NCBI GenBank assembly: GCA_964016885.1
Contig: OZ024741.1
Coordinates: 190,154,001-190,218,000 of the forward strand
Length of the DNA stretch: 64,000 nt
Source: Eledone cirrhosa
Lineage: Eukaryota
Direction of reading: 5' to 3'
The translations under genes and the position numbers were made by a program. Numbering within the stretch: position 1 is the first letter of the stretch; every line of letters begins with the position of its first letter. A model generated the notes under the pieces. It did not search any database. It saw nothing but the letters and a program-made list of their open reading frames with translations, and was not told where the DNA came from. Positions 26,301-41,300 of the stretch are shown here, piece by piece.

Positions 26301-29300
26301 GTAGACCGCATGCTAAAGTCTAAATGGCCTGGTAGATCGCATGCTAAAGTCTAAATAGCCTGGTAGACAACACACTAAAGTCTAAATGTCCTGGTAGACC
26401 GCATGCTAAAGTCTAAATGGCCTGGTAGACAACACACTAAAGTCTAAATGGCCTGGTAGACCGCATGCTAAAGTCTAAATGGCATGGTAGAGCACACACT
26501 AAAGTTTAAATGGCCTGGTAGACCGCATGCTAAAGTCTAAATGGCCTGGTAGAGCACACACTAAAGTCTAAATGGCCTGGTAGACCACATGCTAAAGTCT
26601 AAATGGTCTGGTAGACGGTATGCTAAAGTCTAAATGGCCTGGTAGACCACACACTAAAGTCTAAATAGCCTGGTAGACCACATGCTAAAGTGTAAATGGT
26701 CTGGTAGACCGCATGCTAAAGTCTAAATGGCCTGGTAGACCGCATGCTAAAGTCTAAAAGGCCTGGTAGACAACACACTAAAGTCTAAATGGTCTGGTAG
26801 ACCGCATGCTAACTCTAAATGGCCTGGTAGACAACACACTCAAGTCTAAATAGCCTGGTAGACCACATGCTAAAGTCTAAATGGTCTGGTAGACAGTATG
26901 CTAAAGCGTAAATGGCCTGGTAGATCGCATGCTAAAGTCTAAATAGCCTGGTAGACAACACACTAAAGTCTAAATGGCCTGGTAGACCGCATGCTAAAGT
27001 CTAAATGGCCTGGTAGACAACACACTAAAGTCTAAATGGCCTGGTAGACCACATGCTAAAGTCTAAATGGCCTGGTAGACCGCATGCTAAAGTCTAAATG
27101 GCCTGGTAGATCGCATGCTAAAGTCTAAATAGCCTGGTAGACAACACACTAAAGTCTAAATGTCCTGGTAGACCGCATGCTAAAGTCTAAATGGCCTGGT
27201 AGACAACACACTAAAGTTTAAATGGCCTGGTAGACCGCATGCTAAAGTCTAAATAGCCTGGTAGAGCACACACTAAAGTCTAAATGGCCTGGTAGACAAC
27301 ACACTAAAGTCTAAATGGCATGGTAGACCACATGCTAAAGTCTAAATGGCCTGGTAGAGCACACACTAAAGTCTAAATGGCCTGGTAGACCGCTTGCTAA
27401 AGTCTAAATGGCCTGGTAGAGCACACACTAAAGTCTAAATGGCCTGGTAGACCACATGCTAAAGTCTAAATGGTCTGGTAGACGGTATGCTAAAGTCTAA
27501 ATGGCCTGGTAGACCACACACTAAAGTCTAAATAGCCTGGTAGACCACATGCTAAAGTGTAAATGGTCTGGTAGACCGCATGCTAAAGTCTAAATGGCCT
27601 GGTAGATCGCATGCTAAAGTCTAAATAGCCTGGTAGACAACACACTAAAGTCTAAATGGCCTGGTAGACCGCATGCTAAAGTCTAAATAGCCTGGTAGAC
27701 AACACTCTAAAGTCTAAATGGCCTGGTAGAGCGCATGCTAAAGTCTAAATAGCCTGGTAGACAACACACTAAAGTCTAAATGGCCTGGTAGACCGCATGC
27801 TAAAGTCTAAATAGCCTGGTAGACAACACACTAAAGTCTAAATGGCCTGGTAGACCGCATGCTAAAGTCTAAATAGCCTGGTAGATCACATGCTAAAGTC
27901 TAAATGGCCTGGTAGACCACATACTAAAGTCTAAATGGCCTGGTAGACCACACACTAAAGTCTAAATAGCCTGGTAGACCGCATGCTAAAGTCTAAATAG
28001 CCTGGTAGACCACATGCTAAAGTCTAAATGGCCTGGTAGACCGCATGCTAAAGTCTAAATGGCCTGGTAGACCGCATGCTAAAGTATAAATGGCCTGGTA
28101 GATCACACACTAAAGTCTAAATAGCCTGGTAGACCACATGCTAAAGTCTAAATGGCCTGGTAGACCACATACTAAAGTCTAAATGGTCTGGTAGACAGTA
28201 TGCTAAAGTCTAAATGGCCTGGTAGAGCACATGCTAAAGTCTAACTGGTCTGGTAGACAGTATGCTAAAGTCTAAATGGCCTGGTAGACCACATGCTAAA
28301 GTCTAAATGGTCTGGTAGACAGTATGCTAAAGTCTAAATGGCCTGGTAGACCACATGCTAAAGTCTAAATGGCCTGGTAGACCGCATGCTAAAGTCTAAA
28401 TGGCCTGGTAAGCAACACACTAAAGTCTAAATGGCCTGGTAGACCACATGCTAAAGTCTAAATGGTCTGGTAGACAGTATGCTAAAGCCTAAATGGCCTG
28501 GCAGATCGCATGCTAAAGTCTAAATAGCCTGGTAGACAACACACTAAAGTCTAAATGGCCTGGTAGACCGCATGCTAAAGTCTAAATGGCCTGGTAGACC
28601 GCATGCTAAAGTCTAAATGGCCTGGTAGACAACACACTAAAGTCTAAATGGCCTGGTAGACCGCATGCTAAAGTCTAAATGGCCTGGTAGACAACACACT
28701 AAAGTCTAAATGGCCTGGTAGACCGCATGCTAAAGTCTAAATGGCCTGGTAGACCGCATGCTAAAGTCTAAAAGGCCTGGTAGACAACACACTAAAGACT
28801 AAATGGCCTGGTAGATCACATGCTAAAGTCTAAATGGTCTGGTACACAGTATGCTAAAGCCTAAATGGCCTGGTAGATCGCATGCTGAAGTCTAAATAGC
28901 CTGGTAGAAAACACACTAAAGTCTAAATGGCATGGTAGACCGCATGCTAAAGTCTAAATGGCCTGGTAGACAACACACTAAAGTCTAAATGGCCTGGTAG
29001 ACCACATGCTAAAGTCTAAATGGCCTGGTAGACCGCATGCTAAAGTCTAAATGGCCTGGTAGATCGCATGCTAAAGTCTAAATAGCCTGGTAGACAACAC
29101 ACTAAAGTCTAAATGTCCTGGTAGACCGCATGCTAAAGTCTAAATGGCCTGGTAGACAACACACTAAAGTCTAAATGGCCTGGTAGACCGCATGCTAAAG
29201 TCTAAATGGCATGGTAGAGCACACACTAAAGTTTAAATGGCCTGGTAGACCGCATGCTAAAGTCTAAATGGCCTGGTAGAGCACACACTAAAGTCTAAAT

Positions 29301-32300
29301 GGCCTGGTAGACCACATGCTAAAGTCTAAATGGTCTGGTAGACGGTATGCTAAAGTCTAAATGGCCTGGTAGACCACACACTAAAGTCTAAATAGCCTGG
29401 TAGACCACATGCTAAAGTGTAAATGGTCTGGTAGACCGCATGCTAAAGTCTAAATGGCCTGGTAGATCGCATGCTAAAGTCTAAATAGCCTGGTAGACAA
29501 CACACTAAAGTCTAAATGGCCTGGTAGAGCGCATGCTAAAGTCTAAATAGCCTGGTAGACAACACACTAAAGTCTAAATGGCCTGGTAGACCGCATGCTA
29601 AAGTCTAAATAGCCTGGTAGACCACATGCTAAAGTCTAAATGGCCTGGTAGACCGCATCTTAAAGTCTAAATGGCCTGGTAGACCGCATGCTAAAGTATA
29701 AATGGCCTGGTAGACCACACACTAAAGTCTAAATAGCCTGGTAGACCACATGCTAAAGTCTAAATGGCCTGGTAGACCACATACTAAAGTCTAAATTGTC
29801 TGGTAGACAGTATGCTAAAGTATAAATGTCCTGGTAGAGCACATGCTAAAGTCTAAATGGTCTGGTAGACAGTATGCTAAAGTCTAAATGGCCTGGTAGA
29901 CCACATGCTAAAGTCTAAATGGTCTGGTAGACAGTATGCTAAAGTCTAAATGGCCTGGTAGACCACATGCTAAAGTCTAAATGGCCTGGTAGACCACATG
30001 CTAAAGTGTAAATGGTCTGGTAGACCACACACTAAAGTCTAAATGGCCTGGTAGACCGCATGTTAAAGTGTAAATGGCCTGGTAGATCGCATGCTAAAGT
30101 CTAAATAGCCTGGTAGACAACACACTAAAGTCTAAATGGCCTGGTAGACCGCATGCTAAAGTCTAAATGGCCTGGTAGACAACACACTAAAGTCTAAATG
30201 GCCTGGTAGACCACATGCTAAAGTTTAAATGGCCTCGTAGACCACATGCTAAAGTGTAAATGGTCTGGTAGACCACACACTAAAGTCTAAATGGCCTGGT
30301 AGACCGCATGCTAAAGTCTAAATGGCCTGGTAGACAACACACTAAAGCCTAAATGGTCTGGTAGACCGCATGCTAAAGTCTAAATGGCCTGGTAGACAAC
30401 ACACTAAAGTCTAAATGGCCTGGTAGACCGCATGCTAAAGTCTAAATGGCCTGGTAGATCGCATGCTAAAGTCTAAATGGCCTGGTAGACAACACACTAA
30501 AGTCTAAATGGCCTGGTAGACCGCATGCTAAAGTCTAAATGGCCTGGCAAGCAACACACTAAAGTCTAAATGGCCTGGTAGACCACATGCTAAAGTCTAA
30601 ATGGTCTGGTAGACAGTATGCTAAAGCCTAAATGGCCTGGTAGATCGCATGCTAAAGTCTAAATGGCCTGGTAGACAACACACTAAAGTCTAAATGGCCT
30701 GGTAGACCGCATGCTAAAGACTAAATGGCCTGGTAGACCGCATGCTAAAGTCTAAAAGGCCTGGTAGACAACACACTAAAGTCTAAATGGTCTGGTAGAC
30801 CGCATGCTAAAGTCAAAATGGCCTGGTAGACAACACACTAAAGTCTAAATGGCCTGGTAGACCACATGCTAAAGTCTAAATGGTCTGGTAGACAGTATGC
30901 TAAAGCCTAAATGGCCTGGTAGATCGCATGCTAAAGTCTAAATAGCCTGGAAGACAACACACTAAAGTCTAAATGGTCTGGTAGACCGCATGCTAAAGTC
31001 TAAATGGCCTGGTAGACAACACACTAAAGTCTAAATGGCCTGGTAGACCACATGCTAAAGTCTAAATGGCCTGGTAGACCACATGCTAAAGTGTAAATGG
31101 TCTGGTAGACCACACACTAAAGTCTAAATGGCCTGGTAGACCGCATGCTAAAGTCTAAATGGCCTGGTAGACAACACACTAAAGCCTAAATGGTCTGGTA
31201 GACCGCATGCTAAAGTCTAAATGGCCTGGTAGACAACACACTAAAGTCTAAATGGCCTGGTAGACCGCATGCTAAATTCTAAATGGCCTGGTAGATCGCA
31301 TGCTAAAGTCTAAATGGCCTGATAGACAACACACTAAAGTCTAAATGGCCTGGTAGACCGCATGCTAAAGTCTAAATGGCCTGGTAGACAACACACTAAA
31401 GTCTAAATGGCCTGGTAGACCGCATGCTAAAGTCTAAATGGCCTGGTAGACAACACACTAAAGTCTAAATGGTCTGGCAGACTGCATGCTAAAGTCTAAA
31501 TGGCCTGGTAGACAACAAACTAAAGTCTAAATGGCCTGGTAGACCGCATGCTAAAGTCTAAATGGCCTGGTAAGCAACACACTAAAGTCTAAATGGCCTG
31601 GTAGACCATATGCTAAAGTCTAAATGGTCTGGTAGACAGTATGCTAAAGCCTAAATGGCCTGGTAGATCGCATGCTAAAGTCTAAATAGCCTGGTAGACA
31701 ACACACTAAAGTCTAAATGGCCTGGTAGACCGCATGCTAAAGTCTAAATGGCCTGGTAGACAACACACTAAAGTCTAAATGGCCTGGTAGACCGCATGCT
31801 AAAGTCTAAATGGCCTGGTAGACCGCATGCTAAAGTCTAAAAGGCCTGGTAGACAACACACTAAAGTCTAAATGGTCTGGTAGACCGCATGCTAAAGTCT
31901 AAATGGCCTGGTAGACAACACACTAAAGTCTAAATGGCCTGGTAGACCACATGCTAAAGTCTAAATGGCCTGGTAGACCGCATGCTAAAGTCTAAATGGC
32001 CTGGTAGATCGCATGCCAAAGTCTAAATAGCCTGGTAGACAACACACTAAAGTCTAAATGTCCTGGTAGACCGCATGCTAAAGTCTAAATGGCCTGGTAG
32101 ACAACACACTAAAGTCTAAATGGCCTGGTAGACCGCATGCTAAAGTCTAAATGGCCTGGTAGAGCACACACTAAAGTCTAAATGGCCTGGTAGACAACAC
32201 ACTAAAGTCTAAATGGCATGGTAGACCACATGCTAAAGTCTAAATGGCCTGGTAGAGCACACACTAAAGTCTAAATGGCCTGGTAGACCGCATGCTAAAG

Positions 32301-35300
32301 TCTAAATGGCCTGGTAGACAACACACTAAAGTCTAAATGGCCTGGTAGACCGCATGCTAAAGTCTAAATGGCCTGGTAGACCGCATGCTAAAGTCTAAAA
32401 GGCCTGGTAGACAACACACTAAAGTCTAAATGGTCTGGTAGACCGCATGCTAAAGTCTAAATGGCCTGGTAGACAACACACTAAAGTCTAAATAGCCTGG
32501 TAGACCACATGCTAAAGTCTAAATGGTCTGGTAGACAGTATGCTAAAGCCTAAATGGCCTGGTAGATCGCATGCTAAAGTCTAAATAGCCTGGTAGACAA
32601 CACACTAAAGTCTAAATGGCCTGGTAGACCGCATGCTAAAGTCTAAATGGCCTGGTAGACAACACACTAAAGTCTAAATGGCCTGGTAGACCACATGCTA
32701 AAGTCTAAATGGCCTGGTAGACCGCATGCTAAAGTCTAAATGGCCTGGTAGATCGCATGCTAAAGTCTAAATAGCCTGGTAGACAACACACTAAAGTCTA
32801 AATATCCTGGTAGACCGCATGCTAAAGTCTAAATGGCCTGGTAGACAACACACTGAAGTCTAAATGGCCTGGTAGACCGCATGCTAAAGTCTAAATGGCC
32901 TGGTAGAGCACACACTAAAGTCTAAATGGCCTGGTAGACAACACACTAAAGTCTAAATGGCATGGTAGACCACATGCTAAAGTCTAAATGGCCTGGTAGA
33001 GCACACACTAAAGTCTAAATGGCCTGGTAGACCGCATGCTAAAGTCTAAATGGCCTGGTAGAGCACACACTAAAGTCTAAATGGCCTGGTAGACCACATG
33101 CTAAAGTCTAAATGGTCTTGTAGACGGTATGCTAAAGTCTAAATGGCCTGGTAGACCACACACTAAAGTCTAAATAGCCTGGTAGACCACATGCTAAAGT
33201 GTAAATGGTCTGGTAGACCGCATGCTAAAGTCTAAATGGCCTGGTAGATCGCATGCTAAAGTCTAAATAGCCTGGTAGACAACACACTAAAGTCTAAATG
33301 GCCTGGTAGACCGCATGCTAAAGTCTAAATAGCCTGGTAGACAACACACTAAAGTCTAAATGGCCTGGTAGAGCGCATGCTAAAGTCTAAATAGCCTGGT
33401 AGACAACACACTAAAGTCTAAATAGCCTGGTAGACCACATGCTAAAGTGTAAATGGTCTGGTAGACCGCATGCTAAAGTCTAAATGGCCTGGTAGATCGC
33501 ATGCTAAAGTCTAAATAGCCTGGTAGACAACACACTAAAGTCTAAATGGCCTGGTAGACCGCATGCTAAAGTCTAAATAGCCTGGTAGACAACACACTAA
33601 AGTCTAAATGGCCTGGTAGAGCGCATGCTAAAGTCTAAATAGCCTGGTAGACAACACACTAAAGTCTAAATGGCCTGGTAGACCGCATGCTAAAGTCTAA
33701 ATAGCCTGGTAGACAACACACTAAAGTCTAAATGGCCTGGTAGACCGCATGCTAAAGTCTAAATAGCCTGGTAGACCACATGCTAAAGTCTAAATGGCCT
33801 GGTAGACCACACACTAAAGTCTAAATGGCCTGGTAGACCACACACTAAAGTCTAAATAGCCTGGTAGACCGCATGCTAAAGTCTAAATAGCCTGGTAGAC
33901 CACATGCTAAAGTCTAAATGGCCTGGTAGACCGCATGTTAAAGTCTAAATGGCCTGGTAGACCGCATGCTAAAGTATAAATGGCCTGGTAGATCACACAC
34001 TAAAGTCTAAATAGCCTGGTAGACCACATGCTAAAGTCTAAATGGCCTGGTAGACCACATACTAAAGTCTAAATGGTCTGGTAGACAGTATGCTAAAGTC
34101 TAAATGGCCTGGTAGAGCACATGCTAAAGTCTAAATGGTCTGGTAGACAGTATGCTAAAGTCTAAATGGCCTGGTAGACCACATGCTAAAGTCTAAATGG
34201 TCTGGTAGACAGTATGCTAAAGTCTAAATGGCCTGGTAGACCACATGCTAAAGTCTAAATGGCCTGGTAGACCGCATGCTAAAGTCTAAATGGCCTGGTA
34301 AGCAACACACTAAAGTCTAAATGGCCTGGTAGACCACATGCTAAAGTCTAAATGGTCTGGTAGACAGTATGCTAAAGCCTAAATGGCCTGGCAGATCGCA
34401 TGCTAAAGTCTAAATAGCCTGGTAGACAACACACTAAAGTCTAAATGGCCTGGTAGACCGCATGCTAAAGTCTAAATGGCCTGGTAGACCGCATGCTAAA
34501 GTCTAAATGGCCTGGTAGACAACACACTAAAGTCTAAATGGCCTGGTAGACCGCATGCTAAAGTCTAAATGGCCTGGTAGACAACACACTAAAGTCTAAA
34601 TGGCCTGGTAGACCGCATGCTAAAGTCTAAATGGCCTGGTAGACCGCATGCTAAAGTCTAAAAGGCCTGGTAGACAACACACTAAAGTCTAAATGGCCTG
34701 GTAGATCACATGCTAAAGTCTAAATGGTCTGGTAGACAGTATGCTAAAACCTAAATGGCCTGGTAGATCGCATGCTGAAGTCTAAATAGCCTGGTAGACA
34801 ACACACTAAAGTCTAAATGGCATGGTAGACCGCATGCTAAAGTCTAAATGGCCTGGTAGACAACACACTAAAGTCTAAATGGCCTGGTAGACCACATGCT
34901 AAAGTCTAAATGGCCTGGTAGACCGCATGCTAAAGTCTAAATGGCCTGGTAGATCGCATGCTAAAGTCTAAATAGCCTGGTAGACAACACACTAAAGTCT
35001 AAATGTCCTGGTAGACCGCATGCTAAAGTCTAAATGGCCTGGTAGACAACACACTAAAGTCTAAATGGCCTGGTAGACCGCATGCTAAAGTCTAAATGGC
35101 ATGGTAGAGCACACACTAAAGTTTAAATGGCCTGGTAGACCGCATGCTAAAGTCTAAATGGCCTGGTAGAGCACACACTAAAGTCTAAATGGCCTGGTAG
35201 ACCACATGCTAAAGTCTAAATGGTCTGGTAGACGGTATGCTAAAGTCTAAATGGCCTGGTAGAACACACACTAAAGTCTAAATAGCCTGGTAGACCACAT

Positions 35301-38300
35301 GCTAAAGTGTAAATGGTCTGGTAGACCGCATGCTAAAGTCTAAATGGCCTGGTAGACCGCATGCTAAAGTCTAAAAGGCCTGGTAGACAACACACTAAAG
35401 TCTAAATGGTCTGGTAGACCGCATGCTAACTCTAAATGGCCTGGTAGACAACACACTAAAGTCTAAATAGCCTGGTAGACCACATGCTAAAGTCTAAATG
35501 GTCTGGTAGACAGTATGCTAAAGCGTAAATGGCCTGGTAGATCGCATGCTAAAGTCTAAATAGCCTGGTAGACAACACACTAAAGTCTAAATGGCCTGGT
35601 AGACCGCATGCTAAAGTCTAAATGGCCTGGTAGACAACACACTAAAGTCTAAATGGCCTGGTAGACCACATGCTAAAGTCTAAATGGCCTGGTAGACCGC
35701 ATGCTAAAGTCTAAATGGCCTGGTAGATCGCATGTTAAAGTCTAAATAGCCTGGTAGACAACACACTAAAGTCTAAATGTCCTGGTAGACCGCATGCTAA
35801 AGTCTAAATGGCCTGGTAGACAACACACTAAAGTTTAAATGGCCTGGTAGACCGCATGCTAAAGTCTAAATAGCCTGGTAGAGCACACACTAAAGTCTAA
35901 ATGGCCTGGTAGACAACACACTAAAGTCTAAATGGCATGGTAGACCACATGCTAAAGTCTAAATGGCCTGGTAGAGCACACACTAAAGTCTAAATGGCCT
36001 GGTAGACCGCTTGCTAAAGTCTAAATGGCCTGGTAGAGCACACACTAAAGTCTAAATGGCCTGGTAGACCACATGCTAAAGTCTAAATGGTCTGGTAGAC
36101 GGTATGCTAAAGTCTAAATGGCCTGGTAGACCACACACTAAAGTCTAAATAGCCTGGTAGACCACATGCTAAAGTGTAAATGGTCTGGTAGACCGCATGC
36201 TAAAGTCTAAATGGCCTGGTAGATCGCATGCTAAAGTCTAAATAGCCTGGTAGACAACACACTAAAGTCTAAATGGCCTGGTAGACCGCATGCTAAAGTC
36301 TAAATAGCCTGGTAGACAACACACTAAAGTCTAAATGGCCTGGTAGAGCGCATGCTAAAGTCTAAATAGCCTGGTAGACAACACACTAAAGTCTAAATGG
36401 CCTGGTAGACCGCATGCTAAAGTCTAAATAGCCTGGTAGACAACACACTAAAGTCTAAATGGCCTGGTAGACCGCATGCTAAAGTCTAAATAGCCTGGTA
36501 GATCACATGCTAAAGTCTAAATGGCCTGGTAGACCACACACTAAAGTCTAAATGGCCTGGTAGACCACACACTAAAGTCTAAATAGCCTGGTAGACCGCA
36601 TGGTAAAGTCTAAATAGCCTGGTAGACCACATGCTAAAGTCTAAATGGCCTGGTAGACCGCATGTTAAAGTCTAAATGGCCTGGTAGACCGCATGCTAAA
36701 GTATAAATGGCCTGGTAGATCACACACTAAAGTCTAAATAGCCTGGTAGACCACATGCTAAAGTCTAAATGGCCTGGTAGACCACATACTAAAGTCTAAA
36801 TGGTCTGGTAGACAGTATGCTAAAGTCTAAATGGCCTGGTAGAGCACATGCTAAAGTCTAAATGGTCTGGTAGACAGTATGCTAAAGTCTAAATGGCCTG
36901 GTAGACCACATGCTAAAGTCTAAATGGTCTGGTAGACAGTATGCTAAAGTCTAAATGGCCTGGTAGACCACATGCTAAAGTCTAAATGGCCTGGTAGACC
37001 GCATGCTAAAGTCTAAATGGCCTGGTAAGCAACACACTAAAGTCTAAATGGCCTGGTAGACCACATGCTAAAGTCTAAATGGTCTGGTAGACAGTATGCT
37101 AAAGCCTAAATGGCCTGGCAGATCGCATGCTAAAGTCTAAATAGCCTGGTAGACAACACACTAAAGTCTAAATGGCCTGGTAGACCGCATGCTAAAGTCT
37201 AAATGGCCTGGTAGACCGCATGCTAAAGTCTAAATGTCCTGGTAGACAACACACTAAAGTCTAAATGGCCTGGTAGACCGCATGCTAAAGTCTAAATGGC
37301 CTGGTAGACAACACACTAAAGTCTAAATGGCCTGGTAGACCGCATGCTAAAGTCTAAATGGCCTGGTAGACCGCATGCTAAAGTCTAAAAGGCCTGGTAG
37401 ACAACACACTAAAGTCTAAATGGCCTGGTAGATCACATGCTAAAGTCTAAATGGTCTGGTACACAGTATGCTAAAGCCTAAATGGCCTGGTAGATCGCAT
37501 GCTGAAGTCTAAATAGCCTGGTAGACAACACACTAAAGTCTAAATGGCATGGTAGACCGCATGCTAAAGTCTAAATGGCCTGGTAGACAACACACTAAAG
37601 TCTAAATGGCCTGGTAGACCACATGCTAAAGTCTAAATGGCCTGGTAGACCGCATGCTAAAGTCTAAATGGCCTGGTAGATCGCATGCTAAAGTCTAAAT
37701 AGCCTGGTAGACAACACACTAAAGTCTAAATGTCCTGGTAGACCGCATGCTAAAGTCTAAATGGCCTGGTAGACAACACACTAAAGTCTAAATGGCCTGG
37801 TAGACCGCATGCTAAAGTCTAAATGGCATGGTAGAGCACACACTAAAGTTTAAATGGCCTGGTAGACCGCATGCTAAAGTCTAAATGGCCTGGTAGAGCA
37901 CACACTAAAGTCTAAATGGCCTGGTAGACCACATGCTAAAGTCTAAATGGTCTGGTAGACGGTATGCTAAAGTCTAAATGGCCTGGTAGACCACACACTA
38001 AAGTCTAAATAGCCTGGTAGACCACATGCTAAAGTGTAAATGGTCTGGTAGACCGCATGCTAAAGTCTAAATGGCCTGGTAGACCGCATGTTAAAGTCTA
38101 AATAGCCTGGTAGACAACACACTAAAGTCTAAATGGCCTGGTAGACCGCATGCTAAAGTCTAAATAGCCTGGTAGACCACATGCTAAAGTCTAAATGGCC
38201 TGGTAGACCACACACTAAAGTCTAAATGGCCTGGTAGACCACACACTAAAGTCTAAATAGCCTGGTAGACCGCATGCTAAAGTCTAAATAGCCTGGTAGA

Positions 38301-41300
38301 CCACATGCTAAAGTCTAAATGGCCTGGTAGACCGCATCTTAAAGTCTAAATGGCCTGGTAGACCGCATGCTAAAGTATAAATGGCCTGGTAGACCACACA
38401 CTAAAGTCTAAATAGCCTGGTAGACCACATGCTAAAGTCTAAATGGCCTGGTAGACCACATACTAAAGTCTAAATGGTCTGGTAGACAGTATGCTAAAGT
38501 CTAAATGGCCTGGTAGAGCACATGCTAAAGTCTAAATGGTCTGGTAGACAGTATGCTAAAGTCTAAATGGCCTGGTAGAGCACATGCTAAAGTCTAAATG
38601 GTCTGGTAGACAGTATGCTAAAGTCTAAATGGCCTGGTAGACCACATGCTAAAGTCTAAATGGCCTGGTAGACCACATGCTAAAGTGTAAATGGTCTGGT
38701 AGATCACACACTAAAGTCTAAATGGCCTGGTAGACCGCATGTTAAAGTGTAATTGGCCTGGTAGATCGCATGCTAAAGTCTAAATAGCCTGGTAGACAAC
38801 ACACTAAAGTCTAAATGGCCTGGTAGACCGCATGCTAAAGTCTAAATGGCCTGGTAGACAACACACTAAAGTCTAAATGGCCTGGTAGACCACATGCTAA
38901 AGTCTAAATGGCTTGGTAGACCACATGCTAAAGTGTAAATGGTCTGGTAGACCACACACTAAAGTCTAAATGGCCTGGTAGACCGCATGCTAAATTCTAA
39001 ATGGCCTGGTAGACAACACACTAAAGCCTAAATGGTCTGGTAGACCGCATGCTAAAGTCTAAATGGCCTGGTAGACAACACACTAAAGTCTAAATGGCCT
39101 GGTAGACCGCATGCTAAAGTCTAAATGGCCTGGTAGATCGCATGCTAAAGTCTAAATGGCCTGGTAGACAACACACTAAAGTCTAAATGGCCTGGTAGAC
39201 CGCATGCTAAAGTCTAAATGGCCTGGTAGACAACACACTAAAGTCTAAATTGCCTGGTAGACCGCATGCTAAAGTCTAAATGGCCTGGTAGACAACACAC
39301 TAAAGTCTAAATGGTCTGGTAGACCGCATGCTAAAGTCTAAATGGCCTGGTAGACAACACACTAAAGTCTAAATGGCCTGGTAGACCGCATGCTAAAGTC
39401 TAAATGGCCTGGTAAGCAACACACTAAAGTCTAAATGGCCTGGTAGACCACATGCTAAAGTCTAAATGGTCTGGTAGACAGTATGCTAAAGCCTAAATGG
39501 CCTGGTAGATCGCATGCTAAAGTCTAAATGGCCTGGTAGACAACACACTAAAGTCTAAATGGCCTGGTAGACCGCATGCTAAAGTCTAAATGGCCTGGTA
39601 GACCGCATGCTAAAGTCTAAAAGGCCTGGTAGACAACACACTAAAGTCTAAATGGTCTGGTATACCGCATGCTAAAGTCAAAATGGCCTGGTAGACAACA
39701 CACTAAAGTCTAAATGGCCTGGTAGACCACATGCTAAAGTCTAAATGGTCTGGTAGACAGTATGCTAAAGCCTAAATGGCCTGGTAGATCGCATGCTAAA
39801 GTCTAAATAGCCTGGTAGACAACACAAAGTCTAAATGGTCTGGTAGACCGCATGCTAAAGTCTAAATGGCCTGGTAGACAACACACTAAAGTCTAAATGG
39901 CCTGGTAGACCACATGCTAAAGTCTAAATGGCCTGGTAGACCACATGCTAAAGTGTAAATGGTCTGGTAGACCACACACTAAAGTCTAAATGGCCTGGTA
40001 GACCGCATGCTAAAGTCTAAATGGCCTGGTAGACAACACACTAAAGCCTAAATGGTCTGGTAGACCGCATGCTAAAGTCTAAATGGCCTGGTAGACAACA
40101 CACTAAAGTCTAAATGGCCTGGTAGACCGCATGCTAAAGTCTAAATGGCCTGGTAGATCGCATGCTAAAGTCTAAATGGCCTGGTAGACAACACACTAAA
40201 GTCTAAATGGCCTGGTAGACCGCATGCTAAAGTCTAAATGGCCTGGTAGACAACACACTAAAGTCTAAATGGCCTGGTAGACCGCATGCTAAAGTCTAAA
40301 TGGCCTGGTAGACAACACACTAAAGTCTAAATGGTCTGGCAGACTGCATGCTAAAGTCTAAATGGCCTGGTAGACAACAAACTAAAGTCTAAATGGCCTG
40401 GTAGACCGCATGCTAAAGTCTAAATGGCCTGGTAAGCAACACACTAAAGTCTAAATGGCCTGGTAGACCATATGCTAAAGTCTAAATGGTCTGGTAGACA
40501 GTATGCTAAAGCCTAAATGGCCTGGTAGATCGCATGCTAAAGTCTAAATAGCCTGGTAGACAACACACTAAAGTCTAAATGGCCTGGTAGACCGCATGCT
40601 AAAGTCTAAATGGCCTGGTAGACAACACACTAAAGTCTAAATGGCCTGGTAGACCGCATGCTAAAGTCTAAATGGCCTGGTAGACCGCATGCTAAAGTCT
40701 AAAAGGCCTGGTAGACAACACACTAAAGTCTAAATGGTCTGGTAGACCGCATGCTAAAGTCTAAATGGCCTGGTAGACAACACACTAAAGTCTAAATGGC
40801 CTGGTAGACCACATGCTAAAGTCTAAATGGCCTGGTAGACCGCATGCTAAAGTCTAAATGGCCTGGTAGATCGCATGCCAAAGTCTAAATAGCCTGGTAG
40901 ACAACACACTAAAGTCTAAATGGCCTGGTAGACCGCATGCTAAAGTCTAAATGGCCTGGTAGAGCACACACTAAAGTCTAAATGGCCTGGTAGACAACAC
41001 ACTAAAGTCTAAATGGCATGGTAGACCACATGCTAAAGTCTAAATGGCCTGGTAGAGCACACACTAAAGTCTAAATGGCCTGGTAGACCGCATGCTAAAG
41101 TCTAAATGGCCTGGTAGACAACACACTAAAGTCTAAATGGCCTGGTAGACCGCATGCTAAAGTCTAAATGGCCTGGTAGACCGCATGCTAAAGTCTAAAA
41201 GGCCTGGTAGACAACACACTAAAGTCTAAATGGTCTGGTAGACCGCATGCTAAAGTCTAAATGGCCTGGTAGACAACACACTAAACTCTAAATAGCCTGG

